A DNA stretch of 64,000 bases, from NCBI RefSeq assembly GCF_018350175.1, contig NC_058368.1, positions 105,030,001 through 105,094,000 on the forward strand, read 5' to 3'. This document shows, in pieces, positions 10,842-24,373 of the stretch; within the stretch, counting starts at the first letter, position 1; the number at the start of each line of letters is the position of its first letter. This DNA is from Felis catus. Its lineage: Eukaryota. A program made the translations under genes and the position numbers. The notes below the pieces were generated by a model, which was not told the DNA's origin, made no database searches, and saw nothing but the letters and a program-made list of their open reading frames with translations.

Positions 10842-13770
10842 CTAGAATTCTAGTGATTTTGTCAAAGAAATATACACTTATTAGATTGTTTTAGTATGCT
10901 TTGTTTTGTATAAATTAATGGCACTCAGTTCAACTATGGCCAGTTGTTTAGAATATGTAAGTGTTTGGGATGACATTAGCATTAGTGAACGTCTTTGAGA
11001 ATTTCACTGGTGAGGTACTGTTTTTTCTTTGTGCCTCAGGACATCAGCAGGACGTGTCATGGCCCCATCAGCCACAAGTACCACCTGGAAGTGGAACATG
11101 TCTCCACACCTATGACAGTGGGTATTCTCTCTTCTTAATTGGTTTTGATCCACGCTTTCCCTCAGACAATGTGAACCATGCTGTCAAAATCCATCTATTC
11201 AATTCATTAAAGTCTTCTCTCTTTAATTTTTGTGTCAAGATTTGACAGATAAAATAATGATAACTAATGGTTATTACTGAAATGAAAATGACTTTGCTTT
11301 TGTTTACAAAAGTTACTAATGAAGTTCAAAGGCAATTTTTGTTTTGTGAAAGGAAAAATTGTTTTAAGTTTATTTTCACCTGACTAGGAGAGATCAGAAA
11401 TAGTTCAGTTGCGGCCTATCTGAATTAATTGCTTATGTAGAGAACTTGCAAAGGAATTTCTTCATTTATGTTTTATGGCCCTAATCCTAACGTCAGATTT
11501 TTTTAAAAAATTGTATTTCATAGCTGATATCTTCTGCGGTTTATCCTCAAGAAAATCATATTTGTCATGGGCGATTCTGCAGAGTCTCTTTGGTTTGCCT
11601 AGAAAACATACCATCCAATCCTTTTATTTAGTTGAAAATAAACAATGAGGACCAGCCCATTGTGAAACTGTCAGACTGTAACTGTTACAAAGCATATGAA
11701 TTAAAATATATATTGGAAGTTGCTTTTAAAGACAGAAGAGCTTTTAATGCCATCTGCTTTGCATTAACCCAGCAAAACTCCTATCTGACGTACAACTCAC
11801 TATTTTGAGTACCATTTGGTATTCCCAAAGTTTCTGAATATTGGCTTTGAATCTTATGATGTGAATGAAGTTAAAAATCACACAGCTGGTTATGTAACTT
11901 ACAGTCATAAACTTCAGGTGTGAAAAATAAAGGCAACTTTATTTTTTAATTCTGAACTCAGAATAGAATGCTTCCGTTTCTTACTCAGCCAAATAGCAGG
12001 AACTTTTTTTATCCGGTTACTTTCAAGCAATCTGTGTTACTTGTAGATTTGATCTCAAGTGTCTCTGGTAAATAGATCTAGGGTTTCCACTTCCTCTTTA
12101 TTCTCCCTCTTCTTCCGAGGTTGAACGATGTTCAGGGGTGGGATTGAGAGAGGCACGTGTTTTTACTCCCCATGTGCAAAGGGTACTTGAGCGTATCACA
12201 CAGTTGGATGTGTATCTGTATGTCTGTGTGTAAATACTCGGGGAACAAACGACCCCTGCTTAATGCATGCCTCTGTGGATGGCACTACCACTTTGGATTG
12301 GGTTGGAAAGGATGATTGTATGAGGCATATTTTGGAATACAGATTGTGAGTCTAATTTAAAGATCCTAGAGTACGTAAGGAGATTTCAAATTCCTGGTTG
12401 TCCTTTTGTCAAGAAGTTCTAGGTTTGTCACGGAAGGAAAAACACTGCTGAGAGAGGCTGAACGGCTCCATTAATGTTAATATAAGATGCTTTGAATAAT
12501 CAGACCATACCTATATATGTATATATAGATATAGATGCATGCATATATGAATATACATTTACATATTAATGAACAACTATTTATATGTTAATATGCACAA
12601 TATACATATGCACACAATTAATTTACATATTATATACATATGTGAATATATGACTTTACACACAAATATACACACTATATTTCTCTTATTTGAATTTAAA
12701 GCATTTTGACTCATATCTCTATATATGTTTGACATTTTGTAAGATTATACAGGGGTATATACATCACACACTCACACAAAGCAATTAATGCCCTCCATTC
12801 CAACCTTTTCCCCATTATTCAAGATACTTAGGTGAAATATGTTCTTGGAATACCATGAGCCTAGAAGAAAACTTTGGTGAGACTCCTGTGCATAATCTTG
12901 TCGCTTCCCCATGGCAGGGCTGTGAAATCCATAAAGGAGGTGTGAGAGTCTTCCCACTTCTCATTCACACTTGTACAACTGCACCCACTCACCCCAGAAG
13001 TGTTTCTAACGGGAGCTGTGCACTTCCCCCCCTCCCCGGCCCCTCTGCTGTCCCTTCAGCACTGCCTCTCCTCAGGCCTTCAGGGTCCTCTGAGAATCTA
13101 GGGCCGGGCTCAAGCATGAGAGTGCTTTGTGCCTTCCTGTCTTGTGTGTGCAAAGTGGACACAAAGAGATGAAAGAGAATAAGACTCCAAATAACACAAC
13201 CATGTGCAAATGTACAGCCAATTGGTTGCCGTGGAAAATTTCCTGAGAGCCGTGAGCCTTGGATTCTAAACTAAGCTCAGGATGGATGTCTGGTGTCAGA
13301 AGGTGACATGCTTTTGTCCCACACCCCAACACCTCAGGCTTTGAAGTTTTCTTCACCTGATTTTACACAAGGGAGGAGAAAGGGAACACGGTCCACACTG
13401 TCCTGCTCTCATGCAACTTTTTAAAGAGCAAAATCAAGGCGAGAGCTAGGCTCGCACAGCCTTGAGGTGACAGGGAATTTCTGGCCATCCTGTTGGAAAC
13501 TAGACTCTTCAGAAATAACGTAATCTTTTTCAGAATGTCATTTTTGCCTTCTTGGCATGAATGTATAAATCATTAGTACTCCGTGGAAAGGGGCTTTTTT
13601 TTTTTTATTTCCCAACCATCAGAACTCTAAAAGTTTATTTGTTATTGCTGAAAATGTGTGGATTTTGGAGGTTACCGGCATACTCAATCACTCCACTTTA
13701 TTAGCACATTCAGAGTGATTGCAGAAACTAGTTGGCAGGGCTCTGGAAGAAATACTGATATAATATCTCT

Positions 13771-13857
13771 GAAGGAGGCTGGGTCCCTTTACTCCAGAAG
13801 AAGGAGGCTGGGTCCCTTTACTACAGAAGAAGGAGGCTGGGTCCCTTTACTACAGAA
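13771..13857. repeat. 29-bp minisatellite, 3 copies
   Basis: gaaggaggctgggtccctttact(c/a)cagaa x3, with one substitution. Confidence 0.95.
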
Positions 13858-14236
13858 GTGAGCAAAATAGGATACCCCTATCCTATTGCTACTCATGTCT
13901 TGGAGGAGGCTGGGTGCCATGGTTAGTTGTCATTTCTAGTGTCTGTCCCCATCACGAGGACCACTACTCCCCACAGCGTAGAAAGGGATCTAGAAATGAA
14001 TGCGGCCATGTTAAAGTTTGCCTTCTTTTTTCTTTTAAATATCCACTAGCCTGCTTGTTGATCCCCACATGCATCCAACTAATAGTAACCAAGCGTGAAT
14101 GGATACAAGTATCTTAAGAATTTGACACAAAGCAATGTTTCACGATAGATTTCAACATTGCATGGCCATGCAGGAGGTTAAAAATTTCTTCTCTGCTCTG
14201 CAAATCATTTTGCCTCCTTACCTGGAGGAGAGAGCG

Positions 14237-14241
<5 letters not shown>

Positions 14242-14295
<54 letters not shown>
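14242..14295. repeat. (GA)n microsatellite
   Basis: Seen directly. Confidence 0.97.
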
Positions 14296-14298
<3 letters not shown>

Positions 14299-14685
14299 TT
14301 ATGTTCCCTACCTTCAGCTACAAAGTAATTACTAAAATAAATGACTTCTAAATGAATCTGTGAGAATAAATGAGACATTTTAAGCAATAAATAGTGAATT
14401 CTGGCAGAAAGAGTTTCTCTCATCAGAAAAGTCAGTGAATATAATTAAAAAATGTGAGGAACCAACCCCTTTAGATATGTTGGATATATATTTATGAAGT
14501 GTATTTATGGCCACAATATCACCTTTTCCAAACACATTTCAAAATTCTTCCTGAAAGCTTGCCTAAATAAATATATATTTATGCATGGCAAAAAAAAAAA
14601 AAAGAAAGAGAATTCTTGTTATTACTTGTGTCTAGGAAAAAATAAACACATTTATAACTTAAAATCCATTTACATATCTATTCTT

Positions 14686-14802
14686 GGGGCGCCTGGATGG
14701 CTCAGTTGGTTAGTTAGGTCTGACTCTTGACTTTGGCTCAGGCCATGATCTCACCATTCGTGAGATCTCTCTCTCAAAATAAGTAGATAAACATTTAAAA
14801 AA
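14686..14802 (+). mobile_element. Can-SINE with internal deletion
   Basis: Head joined directly to ctctctcaaaataa tail; TSD atatctatt. Confidence 0.85.
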
Positions 14803-16091
14803 TATATCTATTTTCCCTGCTAATCATTTGTTTATTTAAAAATATTCTGCCTTCATTAAAATTTTTGAATACTCATAGAAATTTAATAGCAGTGACAAAT
14901 TCAGTTAATTATCTCAAATATTTATACCTATAATAAAGGCATATGGTTTTGCTTAACCTAAAAATTGTTCCCTGTTTTAATCACAGGAATATATACTGAA
15001 GAGTGATTTGTGAATTTTCTCACTACTTTTCCTTGATATGGTCATTGACCACTCATGTCTTTGGCTGCCAGATATATTCAAGAAACATTTGTGTATGCCT
15101 TTATTAGAGACCACACCAGAAACATTAAGCCTGGTTGAAATACGAGCTCCTTGAAAGGCAAATGAATATTTTTTTTCCTTTTCTCATTGCAGCTAATGAC
15201 CTATTTAAGATTGAGCCACTTATACAAGAAAATTTTTTTAAAAATTTAGAAGTATAAGTGGGTTGAAATTCATGAATTGACTAATTACGGTCATAAGCCC
15301 ATGGGTAGCTGAAGCATATAGCCAATATGATGAAGTTCAGATGATTACAGCATTATTTAAATAAGTTCAACAGAGATTAGAGGTTTTTCATTATTTATAA
15401 TTATTATGCAAAGAGGCCCCTTACAATCATAACCTTAAAAATATTGCCATGTATACTATTGGGCATGAATATTTTTCACTTACAATCTGTGTATATAGTC
15501 ATTACTATCAAGACTGTGTTTTAAGTGCTCCTCTGGGCTGGGCTATTTAGGCTAGCTTTGTGGGGAATGAGGCACCTGTCTCCTTGTATATGAGAATCTC
15601 GAGAAAGCTCTTGGGGCAAAAAATACCTCCCTCTTTGCCTGTAATTCCATCTGTGATACACACTCATTCCTGCCATTTTGATTCCCTTCAATATAATCCT
15701 AATTAAAGTACAGGATTCCAGAGAAAGTCATATGTTAAGGCATGAATATCCATCAACATCATTGTGTTGATCACAACTCCTTCCTAACTGACAGCTAGTT
15801 GAGAACAGAGTGCTAATGAAGTTGGTAAATTTTGATGCAGGGAAATATAGAAAGCACTTTCTCAAGTCAGCATGTGAATTGACAATACAAAGGGTCAGCA
15901 CTGAAGACAATGTCTCGGAACAACTCTGGGACCCCAAATAAGTTAAACTCAGTTCCTATACCGACCCTAAATGTCAATCTAAGATATAAAATCTGTATAC
16001 ATGCAGACATGTTAAACATTCAACAGTTCCACTACATAAATAAATATTCACATTATAACATTCAAAGGATGATATAATCTATCTACTTTAG

Positions 16092-16297
16092 TTTTTTAAA
16101 TATTTATTTTTGAGAGAGAAAGGTAGGGAGTGAGCGTGCATGAGCAGGGGAGGGGCAGAGAGAGAGGGGACAGATGATCTGAAACAGGCCCTGTGCTGAC
16201 ACCAGACAGCCCAATACAGGGCTCAAACCCATGAAAGGTGAGATCATGACCCGAGCTGAAGTTGGACACTTAACTGAATGAGCCACCCAGGCGCCCC
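16092..16297 (-). mobile_element. Can-SINE
   Basis: Complete body; degenerate TSD taatcta...actt. Confidence 0.92.
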
Positions 16298-18102
16298 TAA
16301 TCTACCAACTTCAGTAGACATTTTTTCTAGTAGGTAAAACTGAGAATCATCAGAATACATATTCAGAGGAAGCAGATTTGGGAGAGACCCCCACAGTTTT
16401 TCAGAGGGAGCCAGCAAGATTTTAGGGTATGTATGTTGTGGGAGGAGCTGTATACTTGAAGAGAGAATATAGATGTGGTTGACCTAGGAAAGATGAAAGA
16501 AGAGCTTGCATTATGAAAAGTAGAAAATGAGCTTGTATTGTGCCAGACAAAAAGCTTCAGGTTCAAAACTGGTTGCTCCTGAATAATATTAAGCACAGTA
16601 AGTTTATCTTCTCACTTCAATTTCTAGACTAGGGGACTGTTCTGGGACCAGACTTTTTGATTGGAGTTTTCTGAGTCATCTTTATAGCTTGCTTTTCCTA
16701 TTTAGCAAAATTTGTTAGTCACCAATGCAGAGGGAGAAAAGAACCTCACCCAGTTCTTACAAACTCAGCAAAATTTTCAAAGTTCTTTCCTCAGCTGTTG
16801 GTATTGTGGGCTAGTAAAATCATCAGTGAGTTTCCAGAAAAATAGGCGTTGCAGGTGAACTGCCTTCCAGGATGCGAATTAGGCACAAGGATAATATCTA
16901 CTGTGTGTGGGTGTGTGTGTGTGGGGGTGACCATATATATTGGGACAGGAGATCTAGTATGTATGTAGGACTTGGGGTTTTCTTCTAACTGAAATGACCT
17001 CAGTATTGTTCTGATAACTGTTGAGGAATGCTACGTGATACCCAACGTTTACTCCAACCTGGTAATTCTAAGATATTTCCTGTTGGAATGAAAATAGTTT
17101 AGACCTTCTGTCTTTGCTGTTGCTCAAGTTTTAGAAGTCTTGAGACTTTCATAGAGGCACTCATCTGTGTGAATTTCTAGCTGCAGTCGTGTGATATTTT
17201 TTTAAAAAGTATGAATATCTGAAAGTAAAAGATTTTGTTTTGGGCCTTGCATTAGCTCTCCTAGTGATCTTGCCACTCATTGAGAAAGACTGTATCCATG
17301 GTGATCAGGAGAGTAACAAGTGGGAAACTTTCTCAACTGGAACGGAGCCCATTTCTCCCCCTGGACAACAGGTAAACTCACACCACAAGTTACCAGCAGA
17401 GCTCACATGGCTAACTGAAATCCAGAAGTACCATACAACTCTGAAAGAATCTTTTCAACTACAGATTTTTCCTCGACTCGGAGAGATGTAGCCTTATTTG
17501 AATTATTCTGAAAATGCTCTTCAGCACCAAGACACATAAACAAGCTTGAGATTTCTTTCTTTCTATTTGGATTTGTTTTCTGCCTGTCTGTCATGCAGAA
17601 TGATAATGGGCTGAAGCCGTTGCTTCCATTAACAATCATGGCTCGTATCCCATCTTTTCAGTTCTGATGCTAATCACGGCAAGGCCCCAGCAGCCTCTTG
17701 AAGCGCCACGGAGCAATCCATGTTCAACTGTGACCAGAATTCCAAACGTAGAAAGTAAAAGGTAATGTTTCCAAATAACTCATCAAGAAATGTTTTCACA
17801 CGAGCACAGGCCAATTTGAGCATCTCTTAAAGATGTGACATTGCAGTTACGTTCATTCCTGTTCTTCCTTCCTTTCTCCCTTCTTGTACTGGTTTGCACA
17901 TTCCTGTGATTCTTGGCATTAATATTCATTGCTGATATTACAAAATCTGATTTTCATATATTGAAGAAAATATGGCGGTTGCCTTCAAAGGACTCATAGG
18001 TGAATTGAAACAGTGGCAGAGGACCTAGGGCCTGGGCGTCAGAATTGGCGCACCTGTTTTTGAATGGCCTGTGAGCTATGGATGCATTTACATTTTTAAA
18101 AA

Positions 18103-18315
18103 ATTTTTTTTAATGTTTATTTATTTTTCAGACAGAGAGAGACAGAGCATGAACGGGGGACAGTCAGAGAGAGAGGGAGACAGAGAATCCGAAGCAGGCT
18201 CCAGGCTCTGAGCTGTCAGCACAGAGCCTGACACGGGGTTCAAACTCAACGAATGGCGAGATCATGACCTGAGCCGAAGTCGGACGCTGAACCGACTGAG
18301 CCACCCAGGCGCCCC
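18103..18315 (-). mobile_element. Can-SINE
   Basis: TSD tgcatttacatttttaaa on both sides. Confidence 0.95.
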
Positions 18316-18345
18316 TGCATTTACATTTTTAAATGATTGTGGGAA

Positions 18346-18525
18346 GGGCACCCCGGTGGCTCAGCTGGTTAAGCATCTGACTCTTTTTTTCAGCTCAGGT
18401 CATGATCCCAGGGTCTTAGGATCAAGCCCCAATTGGGGCTTCATGCTGAGTATGGAGCCTGCTCAAGATTCTCTCTCTTTCTCTCTCCCTCTGCCCCTCC
18501 CCCCAAATACTAAGCAAAAATAAAT
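18346..18525 (+). mobile_element. Can-SINE (older subtype)
   Basis: Head gggcaccccggtggctcagctgg, (CT)n tract and tail. Confidence 0.88.
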
Positions 18526-18812
18526 CAGTGATTAGGGAGAAATCAAATGAAAAATAATATAATGTGACACGTGAAAAATTATATGAAAGCCAAATTTCAG
18601 TGTCCATAAATAAAGTTTGACTGGAACACAGACACATTCATTTGTTTACACATTATCCCTGGTTGCTTTCCTGCTCTAACAAAATTTCGTAGTAAATACT
18701 AAGACTGCCTGGCCCACAAAGCTGAAAATACTTCCTCTCTGCCCCTTTATGGGAAGTTTCCTGACCCCTGACTTAGACTATAAAACAGTGAGTTCTAAAA
18801 TGAAGACGGGAA

Positions 18813-18978
18813 GGGGCGCCTGGGTGGCTCGTCGGTTAAGAGACTTAGTTGGGCTCAGGTCATGATCTCATGGTTTGTGAGTTTGAGCCCCGCATCGGGC
18901 TCTGTGCTGACAGCTCAGAGCCTGCAGCCTGCTTCAGATTCTGTGTCTCCCTCTCTCTCGGACACTCCCCTGCTTATA

Positions 18979-19012
<34 letters not shown>

Positions 19013-19035
19013 AATAAACATTAAAAAATAATAAA
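18813..19035 (+). mobile_element. Can-SINE
   Basis: TSD taaaatg(a/t)agac. Confidence 0.93.
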
Positions 19036-19624
19036 TAAAATGTAGACACAAAGAAAGTGATGCTCTGAGGGGAAATGAGTTAAGTGCCTTGGGTGGTTAC
19101 ATTTTCCATAATCAGTTATTAGTACTTAATATTTTCAAGACATCTCATATTCGTGGAGGTTTTTTTTCCCCCCACCAAGAGTATTTAACCATAATGGCCA
19201 ATGCAAGCTGAGGTGACCCTATAATTACAGTGAGTCAGAAGGAAATGGCTTCTTCCAGAGTAAATAAGAAAACTGAATCCATAGGAGAAGGAAAAATTTG
19301 CTTTATATCCAAAATCTTCTAAATTTCAATAAATAAATGGGTGTTGCTAACAGAATTGGAGGAGAATTTTCTACTGTCCCTAGTAGAGCCTTGGCAGTTC
19401 AGGGGCTGAACAAGAGTCTGGGCCTAGAGTTTCACATCTGAAAGAATGATAGGTGGAGAGAAGCAATGCTTCCCTAAGATTCTCCCACAGAGCTGACTTC
19501 TAAATTCACAGCCTCCTCCCCTCTACCTACTTCACCATTTTGCATTCAATTCCATCCTATCTTTGAGGTTGAGGACACTGACAATGCATAAATCCACTGC
19601 ATGTTGTGTTCAGATAACAGGTCT

Positions 19625-19626
<2 letters not shown>

Positions 19627-19678
<52 letters not shown>

Positions 19679-19823
19679 CACATATATACATATATATGTA
19701 TATACATATACATATGTATATGTATATAAGTATACATATACAAATGTATATAAATATACATATATGTGTATATATATATATATACACACACACATATATA
19801 CATACATATATATGTGTATATAT
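19627..19823. repeat. (TA)n / TATACA compound microsatellite at an L1 tail
   Basis: Seen directly. Confidence 0.95.
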
Positions 19824-20210
19824 AATTTATTGTCAAGTTGGCTAACATACAGTGTATACAGTGTGCTCTTGGATTGGGGGTAGATTCCCATGATTCATCG
19901 CTTACGTACAACACCCAGTGCTCATCCCAACAAGTGCCCTCCTCAATGCCCATCATCTATTTTTCCCTCTTCCTGCTCCCGCCTCCATCAACCCTCAGTT
20001 TGTTCTCTGTATTTAAGGGTCTGTTATGGTTTGCCTCCCTCTGTCTGTAATTATTTTTTTCCCCTTCCTTCCCTCCATGGTCTTCTGTTAAGTTTCTCAA
20101 ATTCCATATATGCATGAAAACATATGATATCTGTCTTTCTCTGCCTGACTTATTTCACTTGGCATAATACCCTCCAGTTCCATCCACGTTGCTACAAATG
20201 GCAGGATTTC
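19824..20210 (-). mobile_element. 5'-truncated feliform L1 3' end
   Basis: Antisense L1 3'UTR (acaacacccagtgctcatccc...) and ORF2 end; 18-bp TSD at 19609-19626 and 20224-20241. Confidence 0.92.
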
Positions 20211-21404
20211 GATGGAGGAGAGATTCAGTTAACAGGTCTTAATCACCAGTTTATTTGGGTACGTGCTTTCAGATGGACATTTTCAAAGCTCCACTCCCCT
20301 GTGAAGTTTCCGAAAGTCCTGTCTACTGGTTAATGTTTCAAAAGAGGAAAAAGTCAGGGAGGAACGGAAGAAAGAACAAGCTTTCTAGAATGATGATCCT
20401 GACTCCTCATTAGCGCCTTACACAGTATGCCTTTTAAAAGGCATACTCAGCTGTTGAAGTGTTCCCAGGAGTTAAATAAAGCACAAGAAGGCACTCACGG
20501 AGAGCATATGGGAGGGTTAGCACACCTATCCTCATTTCACATCTGAGAAAACTGAGGCTCAGAAACATTAGTCAATTACCCAAGTGTATAGAATTTGGGA
20601 ACTGGCAGAATTAGAGTTTGTACTATCGAGTAGAAATTTTAGGCTTCTTCTTCCATACCATAACTACCACCCTGTTGTAGAATATAATGAAAGCTACGTG
20701 TCTAGATTTAGCTGTCTCCGTTGGACATAGTTTAAAGATATCAACTTAGCACCTTGCATCCCTGTGAGGATATTTCCCTTAGATGCATGATATGACCTGT
20801 GTTACGTACACCAAGACTCCTGGGAAGAAGGTCTTGAAGCCCCACATATGACAACTTCAGCTCTTAAGCTAACCTTGTCTGGAGAGTTCCATATTTACAT
20901 CAAGGGCTGAGTGGTAACTTTCTTTTAAAACGAAGAGAGAGGCAGATGGCTCTCAAAAGAATGAAAAAAAAGCCTGGCTCAGTGAACTCAGTACAGAGTG
21001 ACCAGATGCATGCCGTAAGGGAGAAGTACTGTCAGGGGAAGCCTGTCCTTAACCAGAAGTGGAAAAATCACCTCATTCAAACTGAATTCTGTGAGGCTTA
21101 CAATCAGATGGGATTGTATCATCTATGTCCCAATATATATGGAGGGTCTCCCACATGCCTTAAGCCATGCTTGACTTTCTGGAGGATGCAAGCCTCCTTA
21201 TGAAGGTTCATACGTAATTAGGGAGATAGGATATATACTCTGTAGAAGTATGTCCATTAAATAAAACTGTGCTCCTTGTAAAGGATCTGAACTTGAGCAA
21301 TTCTGCCAAGTTACAGAGGCAGTTGCTTAGCACTGACTACTGCACAGTGGTAACTGCTACCTCAGGAAGTGAGATGAGGAATTTTCCATCCATATCAAGA
21401 ACAG

Positions 21405-21620
21405 GATAGAGTGTAAACAAATGACCTCTGGGGCCACTTGCCTCCATTTGAATCCTTCATTCATCACCTTCTACCTGTGTGATATTGGGCAGGTCACGTA
21501 ACCAGCTTATGTCTCAGCTGCAAAATCAGGATAATAATACCTAATTTGTGAGGATTAAATAAACTGTTACATGTAAAGCATCTTTAAGCTGCTTGGCATA
21601 TAGTGAAAGTTTGCTAAAAA
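21405..21620 (+). mobile_element. MIR relic
   Basis: tgtgtgatattgggcaggtcacgtaacc...aaaatcaggataataatacct...gtaaagca. Confidence 0.75.
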
Positions 21621-21844
21621 AATAACTCTGACATATACGTTAATGATTCAGAATAGATCTCACTATTTCTTTAAGGTTTCCATTCCAACTTAAGCTTAGG
21701 TAGTAGGTTTTAAAACTCTGCTTACATTTGAATTTACTGGATTTATGCTGAAATGAAAAATTATAACGTACTCTATCATGGGAAAATGTGCTATGATCAT
21801 TAGTGTCATCAGAAGAAAAAAGATAAAAGTAATATTATGATTAT

Positions 21845-22020
21845 ATAATAGCTTGTACTTATATAATAGACTATACTTCTATGTGCCAGGAATGATTTTA
21901 AGCTCGATTATATGATTTTAATTCATTTAATCCTTACAACAACTCTAGAAGATAGGCGAGTGCTATTATTAAACCCATTTTACATATGTAAGAATACAGG
22001 CACAAGGAAATTGAGAGAAA
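21845..22020 (-). mobile_element. MIR relic
   Basis: ctatgtgccagg...tcatttaatccttacaacaac...cccattttaca. Confidence 0.75.
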
Positions 22021-23506
22021 AGGACAATGCAGTTATTCAAATTGCTTTATGTCTTACATTCATGGTAACTATGAACTCCTGGCCATCCTTTAGACCTCAT
22101 TCTTTTATATGTTTGTCATCTATTAGTGTAATATTTTAAGTGAAATTTTGTCTATGAATTATTTATACTAAGATTTTGCTGACTGTGTATTTTATGGAGG
22201 ATCATTTGGGGATAGGGCCAAGCTAATCGAGGAATGGATTATGGTGGATGAGTGGTTTCTGGAGAGGATTAAGAGATGGGTCAGAGAATTGGAGAAGCTA
22301 ACACAAATGACAATTGCTAACAACAGAAATAATTTTCAAATTACATTACGCTTCAATACGACCAGCATTCGAAAGGGTAAAGATGCTGGAGTGTAGGTAC
22401 TTAGTTGTTTTATGGGGGAATCTTAATGGCAAAAACTCATTTAGCAAAGCATCATGAGAAAATTTCCATTCAAAGTACAGATGAAAGCACCATGATTTCT
22501 AATTACTCCCTGAAATGAGTCTTTATTTAGGTCTTCACAGAATATGCTTCTGCTTGAAATCCATTGAATTTATTTTCATTTTATAAATAGTAGCCTTTGA
22601 AGGGAACATAGCTAGTGCTGTTACCAGCCGCTAAGTTTGAATTGAACCATTACTCAAATCATGATGGATTTGGATTAGTTTTCTTTGTGTTTATGAAAAC
22701 ATGCTTGTAGAATTGCATTTTTCTTTTCATCGTTTATCAGTAAGAAGAAAACTCAAGCATTTTAGAATAACACTATAATTCCGTATGATTGGTTTACAGG
22801 CAACACTGAACTATTTTGATACTCAAATGGATTGTGGAAAATACTTCCGGATATTGGATGTTTTCGATGTGAGAGGCAGGACTGTGTATGGAAATTGTAA
22901 CTGTACTTCAGTCCTACTGGATCGTCTCTTCTGCCCCCCAGAGGGTGGCAAGCATACATGTTAGATTTGGGTAGAAGCTCTTGCAGCAGGGAATGACGGC
23001 TCACCACCTCCTGCCATGCTTCAGAGCCTTCACTCCTCAGATTTCAACAGTTGACTTCTGCCTGTGGAGGTGAAGTCTCGAGGCAAATAGTAGAGTTGCC
23101 CCCATTTCTTCTTTCTTTGAGAGAAGCAGTCTGTAAGGCAATACTTCAGCCCCCTGAAATACGTCCAAGAACCCTCAAGAAATTGCTCTCATCCTTCAGT
23201 TGAAAATTACCTTCTAATTTTCTTCCTGAAATGCTGGTGTAACCATTCTACTCTGGAAGAGTGGAGTCCTTGAAGGGCTATGTGCTCCTTCCAGTCATCC
23301 TGATGAAGGTGGTATGTGCTCTGGAAGGCTCACCCAAGCATGGGAAGATGGTGGTGATACTTTTCTTGTGTGCATATGATAGGCATAGAATCAACATTTT
23401 AGGTCTAGTTATATAAACTCTTTCATTTAGCAGCTGAGGAAAGCAGGACCCAAGGGCTATCGTGCTTAGGATAACTGTCCCACAGCCACTGTAAGCATAC
23501 AAGTTC

Positions 23507-23712
23507 CTTTTTTTTTTTAAGCTTACTTATTTATTTTGAGAGAGACAGAGAGAATGAGTGGGGGGTGGGCAGAAGGAGAGGGAGTCAGAAGATCTGAAGT
23601 TGGCTCTGGGCTGAAAGCAGAGAGCCTGATGCGGAACTCAAAGTCGCGAACCACAAGACCATGACTTGAGCCAAAGTCGGATGATTAACTGACTGAGCCA
23701 CCCAGGTGCCCC
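23507..23712 (-). mobile_element. Can-SINE
   Basis: TSD atacaagtt. Confidence 0.92.
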
Positions 23713-24149
23713 AGAATACAAGTTTCAAACTTCCAGGCACTGCTTCACCTCCCACACGTCCCAACCCAAAGGACCCACGAGTCTTCCCACGACGTTCCAT
23801 CGTCTTTTCTCAGTGGTCGATTACACTGCTCTGAATGAGTTATTGTGTCCACGGTTGCATAAGATTCCCTCCAAACTGCAGCTTGTTTGCATTCTTGTCA
23901 TAATATACAGCCAGAGACTCAAAAAATTCTCCCTGAAATAAAGGAACTCAGTATTCTTAAGCTAGCAAAACTCTGATTGCTTTATTTATTGATACCCCCT
24001 GCAGTAAAACATCACAGAGATGGAGTGTGGAGCTCTCTTTTGGTGCCAAGCTAATTAGAGTACAGTTGTGAGAAATGGTTTTATACTATTAAACACAAAC
24101 ATCAAAAACATTGATGGAAATTTCTTCTTTAAATCAAGTTATAACATAT

Positions 24150-24373
24150 TTAAATTTGTTTTAATATTTATTTGTTTTTGAGAGAGAGAGAGAGAGACAG
24201 ATTGTGAGCAGGGGAGGGGCAGAGAGGGAGAGAGGGAGACACAGAATCCGAAGCAGGCTCCAGGCTCTGAGCTGTCAGCACAAAGCCCGACGTGGGGCTC
24301 TAACCCACGAACCGGAAGATCACGATCTGAGCTGAAGTTGAATGCTTAACTGACTGAGGCACCCAGGTGTCCC
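24150..24373 (-). mobile_element. Can-SINE
   Basis: TSD tcaagtta(t/c)aa. Confidence 0.93.

Larger units (their letters stand above)
18011..18770 (+). mobile_element. MER58B-like hAT-Charlie DNA transposon relic carrying two SINE insertions
   Basis: aaatttcagtgtccataaataaagtt...ggcccacaaagctgaaaata...tgacccctg terminus. Confidence 0.8.

Noticed and set aside
13771..13857. 29-bp repeats as a CRISPR-like array
   Set aside because: Head-to-tail copies with no spacers, in a mammalian genome with no cas genes.
17520..17540. TTCAGCACCA, left half of an RE1/REST site
   Set aside because: The right half GGACAG is absent at canonical spacing.
19557..19956. Overlapping YI/IY-rich ORFs
   Set aside because: Translation of the (TA)n microsatellite.
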